Made by a program: the position numbers and the translations under genes. Source: Octopus sinensis (taxonomy: Eukaryota). Taken from it: a stretch of DNA of 17,342 bases. How positions within the stretch are numbered: the first letter of the stretch is position 1; each line of letters begins with the position of its first letter. Of the stretch, positions 10,895 to 17,342 are shown one piece after another. Below the pieces are notes generated by a model. That model had not been told where the DNA came from. It searched no databases and was given only the letters and a program-made list of their open reading frames with translations. Location of the stretch: contig NW_021824908.1 of NCBI RefSeq assembly GCF_006345805.1, positions 1-17,342 on the forward strand, written 5' to 3'.

Positions 10895-11470
10895 CTAAAG
10901 TCGTAAGACACCCGCTGTTTTTGTCCTGTTATTACTATTATTGTTTTTTGTATTTTATTCGTGTGGCATCGTCCGTTTTTCGGTCCGTTTTTTTCGTATA
11001 CATTCGATCCTTTTTCCAAGAAATCTAATACTCGTAGCTTAGTTTTTTCTTGGGGCTGGCCGGATCGGAGCGATCTCAAGATTAATCAGCTGAAATTGCG
11101 AGGATGATCCGGTTCTTGACTGAAGATTGGAGGCTTCGAATGACCCGTCCGGCTTTTTGTGTCGTCTATTTGAGGTTTGCATTCTTGTCCCAATTTGTAT
11201 TTTTATAATTATTTTTGTATACATATATCTAATTATATATATATATATATATATTATATATGAAAGAGAGAGAGAGGTAGAGGAGATGAGAGGGGGGGAA
11301 AGAGAGTAAATATTATTTGCAAATCTAATGTGGCAGTCCTACTTAGGACGATTGTTTCTGTTATTTAGACCCAGAGAACATCGTCTCCAGCTGGCTATAC
11401 GACACATAAGCTTTTCGTGGTGCTCGTCATAGCACGATGGTAGCCCGAATAGGTATTCAGATGTTGTGGT
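10655..11470. repeat. Composite repeat: two diverged direct repeats bracketing (TA)n-core-(TA)n
   Basis: 40-bp blocks at 10729-10768 and 11414-11453 are 36/40 identical; (TA)n arrays at about 10824-10890 and 11218-11260 flank a ~330-bp core. Confidence 0.55.
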
Positions 11471-11813
11471 ACCAAGGTAAGACTATAAAATACAGCATAT
11501 CTATCCTTAACAAAATCTCTGTGTTTTAACATCGGTTTCAAATTTTGTCAGAAGGCTTCTCATTGATTAATTACTCATCACTCATCCAGCCCCTCCATCA
11601 TATACCACCCCAGTTACTTTACCTATCATTTCTTTGGTCAAAATATATAGTTTCAGGATGCAATGCCTTATGTAAGGTTTATTGACTGGACCGGATATTT
11701 AGCTTGTTTTGAGGAAAATGAGGTTGATCTTTTCACTTAACAAAAACGTATTGAAATCACGGGACAAATATTAAGCGCAAGAACGATTTCGAAATAATTG
11801 TAAAATATCGATA

Positions 11814-12217
11814 CTCTCTTTTCTCTTTTTACTCTTTTAGTTGTTTCAGTCATTTGACTGCGGCTATGCTGGAGCACCACCTTTAGTCGAGCAAATCGAC
11901 CCCGGAACTTATTCTTTGTAAGCCCAGTACTTATTCTATCGGTCTCTTTTGCCGAACCGCTAAGTGACGGGGACATAAACACACCAGCATCGGGGGACAA
12001 ACACAGACACACAAACACACACGTACACACATAATACATATATATATATACATATATATAGACATTATACATTATACGACGGGCTTCTTTCAGTTTCCGT
12101 CTACCAAATCCACTCACAAGGCATTGGTCGCCCGAGGCTATAGCAGAAGACACTTGCCCAAGGTGCCACGCAGTGGGACTGAACCCGGAACCATGTTGGT
12201 TGGTTAGCAAGCTACTT
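11814..12217 (-). mobile_element. Young SINE family A copy (body), interrupted inside its tRNA head
   Basis: Roughly 95% identical to 5325-5720 over the tail region (7 differences in ~160 nt). It stops at GTTAGCAAGCTACTT, exactly where the missing head resumes at 14521. Confidence 0.93.
12203..12217. repeat. Target-site duplication, left copy (GTTAGCAAGCTACTT)
   Basis: Identical 15-mer at 14506-14520; occurs once in the intact SINE at 5325-5720. Confidence 0.95.
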
Positions 12218-12519
12218 TATTTCAAAAATTTGCCATAAAGGCAGTACATAGAGTAAGTTAGCTTTGCGGGCTGGACGAGGACATTAATGAAGTGAATGAT
12301 AATGAAAGAAAGATGATGGGGATGGGAGAAGACAAAAAGCGCCCGCCGACTTCTGCTTCCCTAAAACATTGTTCTTTTTAAAGACAAACACAAAACGAGG
12401 TATTAAACCTCTTACAATTTTTTAAATTTTTGGACCTAGCAGTCCATTACTAATAACAACATAGTTCAATAATTACATATATAAATACAATACACAAAGC
12501 CCCTCCTCCCAGACCTGGC

Positions 12520-13092
12520 TTACACTTCCCTTAGGAATGCGCCAGCTCTAGGTCGGGGCCCCTCAAGTCGTATCACAATTTGACTCGTCCTCGAAATAAC
12601 TTGTGCCCGCGCCTCCACCATCCACACCACGCCTCCCTCAAACGTAATCGTTCCGAGTTAGCGTCGCCCGGGACCAAGCTATAATCTTCATTGAGCTCCT
12701 TCAGCCCAAGCGTCACGTCGAACCCCACGGCCTCCACAGCTACCTGCGGAGGCCTTCGGGGCCTGTGTGAAGGCTAAAGGTGCTCCCTTGTGGTGCTTTT
12801 CCATCACCTTTTCAATTTCTCCGCCTCTATAGAAGAGGATCAATACGTTCAATTCTTTCGTTGGCGGCACAGTTCCCGCCAACGGTATTTCTCCTCCTGT
12901 CGGTGACACAACCCCAACCGACGTAGTTCCGGGACATTCCGGTGCTATATCACCGACAGCCGGTAATGTCCCGTTTCTCTTCCTCTTTTCTTTTTTTCCT
13001 TTTCAACTGAGGGAGGGTGCGTCTCCTCCGTGGCCGGAAGATTCGCCTTTCCTCCTCATCCCTAGTATCCTTTGGTGAGCACCCATTGTTGC
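12520..13092 (-). pseudogene. Frameshifted C-terminal continuation of ORF1
   Basis: GC-rich coding-like blocks in changing frames: EGEQQWVLTKG, ANLPATEETHPPSVEKEKKKR, TLPAVGDIAPE...ELNVLILFYRGGEIEKVMEKHH, VAVEAVGFDVTLGLKELNEDYSLVPG, GTITFEGGVVWMVEARAQVISRTSQIVIRLEGPRPRAGAFLREV*. Stop at 12520-12522, after which the sequence becomes AT-rich. Confidence 0.6.
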
Positions 13093-13806
13093 TCACCTTC
13101 CTCTTTCGGCCTCTGTTTGAGGGCCCTCTGCTTCCTCGGCCGTTATCATTCCCTCTTCTACAGGGGTTTCACTTAACTGTTCCGGGATCCTATTTTGCCT
13201 GAGGACAGTCCTTCTTATGTGGCCGGACTCCAAGCACCGATGACACTTAGGGGGGCGACCCTCAAGCATCATCGGGTACCTGCACCCGGCCATTTTCAAA
13301 AAATCTGGAAGAACCAGATTGGCTGATTGGGTCCAAAGGGTCAAAATTGCTTTTGACCCAACCCAAGCAGCCGCAGGAAGAGCTTTTACATTAAGGAGCT
13401 TAGTTTCGCTGCTACCCAGACCCCGGCGGATAGTCTCCTCTATCCACTCGGGTTCTATCCCGGGTGGCAGCCCGCAAATCCAAGCTTTCGTCAATTTCTT
13501 TTTTTGGTACGTGGGCAGGAATAAAATTTCCTTACCCTCCAGTGGTTTGCTAGCAAATTTGCAAGCCTCTTCAGGGGTGTCAAACAGCAACCTCACCGTT
13601 GCATATTTGACACCCCTGGAAATGAATTTAATTGTTGGCAAATACTCTGCCAACTCCTTTTCAATTGCCGTCTTTTCGAATAGGGCGATGGTGTCGAGTG
13701 CCTTGGAGTAGGTTCTCAACACCACCGTCCTATCTTCACGGTCTTTTAACCACTTTTTAGGCGGTATGATCTCCCATTCCAAAATTTTGTTATTTTTCAT
13801 TGCCAT
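13093..13806 (-). CDS. Gag-like/ORF1p nucleic-acid-binding protein (RRM-like region plus CCHC zinc knuckle EGRPPKCHRCLESGH), intact N-terminal 237 codons
   Basis: Longest non-repetitive ORF in the window; A-rich leader before the ATG; C-x2-C-x4-H present, with the fourth Cys available by a one-base shift (GACTGTCCT = DCP). Confidence 0.8.
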   Translation of the reverse strand: MAMKNNKILEWEIIPPKKWLKDREDRTVVLRTYSKALDTIALFEKTAIEKELAEYLPTIKFISRGVKYATVRLLFDTPEEACKFASKPLEGKEILFLPTYQKKKLTKAWICGLPPGIEPEWIEETIRRGLGSSETKLLNVKALPAAAWVGSKAILTLWTQSANLVLPDFLKMAGCRYPMMLEGRPPKCHRCLESGHIRRTVLRQNRIPEQLSETPVEEGMITAEEAEGPQTEAERGR

Positions 13807-14456
13807 GTTTTTTTGTTTTTTTTTTTAATATATTCAATTTAAACTTAAAAAGCGAGAAAAAAAGTTCAAAAGTCCAAATAAAATTTGATAGATTTTGAAA
13901 AACAAAAAGGAGAAAGCACAACAGAGGGAAGAAATCAACGGAAAGTCGCAATAAACAAAAAAAAAAACAAAGGGGGAGTTAAATGAAGTTCAAAAGAAAG
14001 TTAATAAACAGAAAAAACACAGCAAAAATCTTCTGGCCTTACGGTACTCCCGGCCTGAGTTGAACCTGGAACGCCGCAACTGAACACAACCCCACAAAAA
14101 TGGGTCCGAAAGGTAATCCAAAATGGCTTATTTTTATAATTTTCTTGCGAAGTACTCTGACAAGGGAATAATCAACAAACCCAAACACAGCACTGGCTAC
14201 CGCCAACGGTATTTTAACAGTAACTGTATTGGGTTCCGAGGATAGACCCCTCCACTGTTTTTTTTTTTTTTTCAATAAACACAAAAACAAAGCAGCCGCC
14301 GAGAGCAGGCGAAATTGTCTCAGAGTTGGACACAACTTACTGAAATAATAATTGGCACGCAATAAATTGTGCACAACTCACAATAAACAAAATCACTCAC
14401 CTCAACAACTCTCTGTTTTTGGTCTTTTTTCTATAAATGGACGGAGCTGGTAAACT

Positions 14457-14495
14457 CACGTCCACTCTGGCTCAACAGGAAGCAACTGACTAACT
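14457..14495 (-). promoter_or_regulatory. Putative internal Pol II promoter (Inr-like TTAGTCAGTT plus DPE-like GGACGTG)
   Basis: Element 5' end reads ACACATGCGCAGTTAGTCAGTTGCTTCCTGTTGAGCCAGAGTGGACGTGAG. GGACGTG lies at +29 from the A of TTAGTC (canonical DPE is +28). Confidence 0.5.
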
Positions 14496-14505
14496 GCGCA
14501 TGTGT

Positions 14506-14540
14506 GTTAGCAAGCTACTTACCACACAGCCACTCCTGCG
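14506..14540 (-). mobile_element. Right TSD copy (14506-14520) plus displaced 5' head of the split SINE A (14521-14540)
   Basis: GTTAGCAAGCTACTT-ACCACACAGCCACTCCTGCG continues the SINE exactly as in 5685-5720. Confidence 0.93.
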
Positions 14541-15011
14541 ATGTGCATCTAATATAATTATATTATCTGAAATTACATTACTTAAAAATTACATCGTTGT
14601 TTTACGATTGTTGGGTAAACTGGTATATCTTGGAATGGTATCAGAAGGTACGGTTGCAATTTGTATAAAGAAAAATCGTGAGGAGAAGCGAAAAATAAGA
14701 GATAGTAAAAGAAAATGAAAGAGAAACGAGTGAGCGAAAGAGTGTGGGAGGGAAGTAGAGAGAGGCTGCAAACTCTGATACTGAGGGAAATCGTTTGTTT
14801 TCCTGATGGCTGTCTTGTTTGTGAAGCAATAGTGAATAACCTCCGCTTTTCTTCCAAAATTTTTGATGATTGGTGAGTTCCTTGACGTGTTGAAGACGGA
14901 GAGAGAAACAGAGGTGAAGGAGGGAGAAAGAGAAAGATAGAAGAGGCGGGATGCATACTCACATATATACCTAGAAGAAGACAAAGTAAGAGATAAAAAG
15001 AAAGACAGGTT

Positions 15012-15046
15012 GATAAATAGATGGATAGATAGATAGATAGACGGAT

Positions 15047-15121
<75 letters not shown>

Positions 15122-15153
15122 CAGATATAATATATATATATATATATAGAATA

Positions 15154-15190
<37 letters not shown>

Positions 15191-15206
15191 AGATAGATAG
15201 ATAGAC

Positions 15207-15242
<36 letters not shown>

Positions 15243-15309
15243 TATATAGATAGATAGATAGATAGATAGATATACAGATATATATATTATATATATATAT
15301 ATAGATATA

Positions 15310-15342
<33 letters not shown>

Positions 15343-15360
15343 ATAGATAGATAGATAGAC

Positions 15361-15394
<34 letters not shown>

Positions 15395-15414
15395 TATTAG
15401 ATAGATGCATAGAT

Positions 15415-15506
<92 letters not shown>
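15012..15506. repeat. Long (GATA)n array with embedded (TA)n
   Basis: About 500 bp of GATA units; source of the 366-aa YLSI ORF. Confidence 0.97.
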
Positions 15507-15861
15507 GGAGGGTGAGATAATGAGAGCGTGGAAGAGCAAAAAGCACTTATGAGAGATTGACTTCGACAAATTATTCATTAACTTTACTAACTGATAAATT
15601 AATTTTGAAACTAATATTACTGAGGGAATTGCCGCATGAATAAAAGAGAGAGAAGAAAATAATAAGAAAATAATATTCAAATTGATCAAACCGATCAGAA
15701 TATTAAGATGAAATAAACTGAATTATTTTTCCAAAATTTCATTTTTAATATTGTTTCTTTGCATTTGACAGAATTTCTGCTCTTATATCTATTTAGTTGT
15801 AGTAATATTCACAGGAAAAATAATATATTCAACATTTCAAACGAGTACGTGTTTACACCCG

Positions 15862-15955
15862 TACACACGCACACACACAAGCATACACACGCTCACAAGC
15901 ACACACAGACATACATACAGAGAGAGACACACACACACCACACACACACTGAGAC
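15862..15955. repeat. Degenerate (CA)n tract
   Basis: Directly visible. Confidence 0.85.
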
Positions 15956-16044
15956 GAATAGACACTGGAATACGCATATACATACATGAGTATGCATCTA
16001 TATGCATATTGATGTACGAAGGTAGGTGTGTGTGAGCGCATATA

Positions 16045-16906
16045 CGAGGCTTGATCAATAAGTATCCGGACTGTTGCAATAGTAATGAAGCTACAGTACA
16101 CAGAGGGAAGCCGCTTGGTATAGATTGACTTTGAACTCTGCTGTGCATGCGCACTGAGTTTTAACGTTCTGGCTCAATTCCGCTGTTTACAGCAGTGTTT
16201 GGCAGGAAGGTGTCTAGCGTGTGATTGTCGCACTGACCATGACAGAGAAAGATGTCATGGTAATACCAGCTCAGAGGCCTGCAGAAAGAGTATGGAGAGG
16301 AGTGTATGAGACACACACAAGTGTACACGTGGTTCACACTTTTCCAAGATAGTCGAAAAATGTCGATATTCTGCAACCAGTGAAACTGAGGAAAGCATCG
16401 CAGATGTTGTGAGCAGCCGTGAGGGGAAATCATCGAATCACAATCAATGAGTTATCAGAAGATGTGTAGATTAATTACGGTTCAGTTCAGTCCATTATCA
16501 CTGAAAATTTAGGTATGAGACGCGTGTCTGTCAAGTTTTTCCCAAAACTGCTTTCAGCTGACCAAAATGACACATAGGTTTCAGTTGCACAAGATCTCCT
16601 TGATTGTGTCGAGAACGATGAAGACTTTTTGAAAACTTTGTGTAGGCCTTGAGCAGATATCGCTAAGCTTTTGACAAAATTTGATGCAGATTCTCTGCTC
16701 AAATTTCTGTGATGGTCAATGTGGCGATCACACGCTACACACTACTCTTCTAAGAACTGCTGTAAACAGAAGTGAGCTAGAACATTAAAACTCTGTGCGC
16801 CTGCAGAGCACAGTTCAAGATTAAACTGTGCCAAGCGGCTTCACTCTGTGTACTTTAGCTTCGCTACTATGGCGACATACCGGATACTTATTAATCAGAC
16901 CCCTTG
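16045..16906 (+). mobile_element. Internally deleted mariner (Tc1/mariner) element with long inverted arms, TA-flanked
   Basis: TA|CGAGGCTTGATCAATAAGTATCCGG ... CCGGATACTTATTAATCAGACCCCTTG|TA; inverted similarity continues for more than 200 bp; the interior encodes transposase N-terminal remnants. Confidence 0.9.
16239..16640 (+). pseudogene. Mariner transposase N-terminal (HTH) remnant; catalytic DD34D domain deleted
   Basis: LQKEYGEECMRHTQVYTWFTLFQDSR..., HRITINELSEDV*INYGSVQSIITENLGMRRVSVKFFPKLLSADQ (WVPxxL-like motif), VAQDLLDCVENDEDFLKTL; stops and frameshifts present. Confidence 0.85.
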
Positions 16907-17084
16907 TACACTGCTGGATGTTAATCTATTATCCGAATTCCGAATATATAACTTCAAACATCCCATCTCTCTTTCGCTCTCTCTTTCTCTCTGTATATAT
17001 GTATATTTAACACACACACACACATTTACACACATATATACAAAAATCAGTGTATATATATATATGCATACAGGTATGTATGTG

Positions 17085-17342
17085 TGGAAGTGATCGGTTA
17101 CAGGGATCATGGATAGGTCCTTGAACTCCTCCATCAGAGATATCTGAGACATTTTGAAATTCTGAACGTCGGCTGGTGTTTACGGATTAGTCAAACAGTA
17201 GTCTTGATGGGAGTCAACATCCTGAGCATTGAGGCGATGCGGCGGAAGCATCGGTTATGGTTGACTGGACACATTGTTCGAATGAGTGACCAGAGAGTTT
17301 CTAAACAGATGCTCTATGGTGGACTGGTTTGTGAAAAGTGCC
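17085..17342 (+). mobile_element. RTE-clade LINE ORF2 fragment (post-RT region), runs off the window
   Basis: YRDHG*VLELLHQRYLRHFEILNVGW..RIS..VL..VNILSIEAMRRKHRLWLTGHIVRMSDQRVSKQMLYGGL matches the RTE pattern LERFHQRCLR..IL.I.W...SIEA...LRW.GHV.RM...R.PKQ.LYGEL. Confidence 0.85.

Larger units (their letters stand above)
12218..14505 (-). mobile_element. ORF1-only (half-L1/Tx1-like) non-autonomous non-LTR retrotransposon, 2288 bp
   Basis: 15-bp TSD, no LTRs or TIRs; ~700-nt 5' UTR; gag-like ORF1 with zinc knuckle; ~300-nt 3' UTR ending in AATAAA at the junction; no space or motifs for APE or RT. Confidence 0.85.

Noticed and set aside
11405-11430. Minus-strand ATGACGAG-CACCA-CGAAAAGCTTA resembling a minimal hammerhead core
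   Set aside because: C3 of CUGANGA is absent, stem I does not pair, and the sister repeat at 10729 lacks the core.
12897-13000. A AAA AAG slippery heptamer upstream of pseudoknot-like helices (programmed -1 frameshift)
   Set aside because: Spacer is about 16 nt, too long; loop geometry is atypical; many other indels in this copy explain the frame changes.
13319-13711. 130-aa plus-strand ORF
   Set aside because: Antisense shadow of ORF1.
12218-14505. Interpretation as an LTR/gag element or DNA transposon
   Set aside because: No LTRs, PBS/PPT or TIRs; a 15-bp TSD and AATAAA end fit TPRT.
14589-15689. 366-aa minus-strand ORF and possible exon at 14760-14880
   Set aside because: Mostly (TATC)n translation; the non-repetitive part has a plausible acceptor on minus but no good donor, and a good donor on plus but no acceptor.

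Overview
A repeat-dominated, AT-rich eukaryotic intronic/intergenic window with no recognisable cellular gene. The SINE families and extreme microsatellite density suggest an octopus (coleoid cephalopod) genome; this is inference from recalled repeats, not a database result. Most ORFs in the track are microsatellite or antisense artefacts. Real content: five copies of a tRNA-head/CORE-like SINE (family A); a second tRNA-head SINE (family B), including a head plus 184-bp tandem multimer; a Helentron-associated (HINE)-like element; the 3' remnant of an R4/Dong-like RLE LINE; an internally deleted mariner with long inverted arms; and an RTE LINE fragment at the right edge. The highlight is a 2288-bp minus-strand element (12218-14505) that splits a SINE head and is flanked by a perfect 15-bp target-site duplication. 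It has an Inr/DPE-like 5' end, a ~700-nt 5' UTR, a single gag-like ORF1 with a zinc knuckle, a ~300-nt 3' UTR ending at AATAAA, and no endonuclease/RT ORF2. This looks like an ORF1-only ('half-L1/Tx1') non-autonomous retrotransposon.
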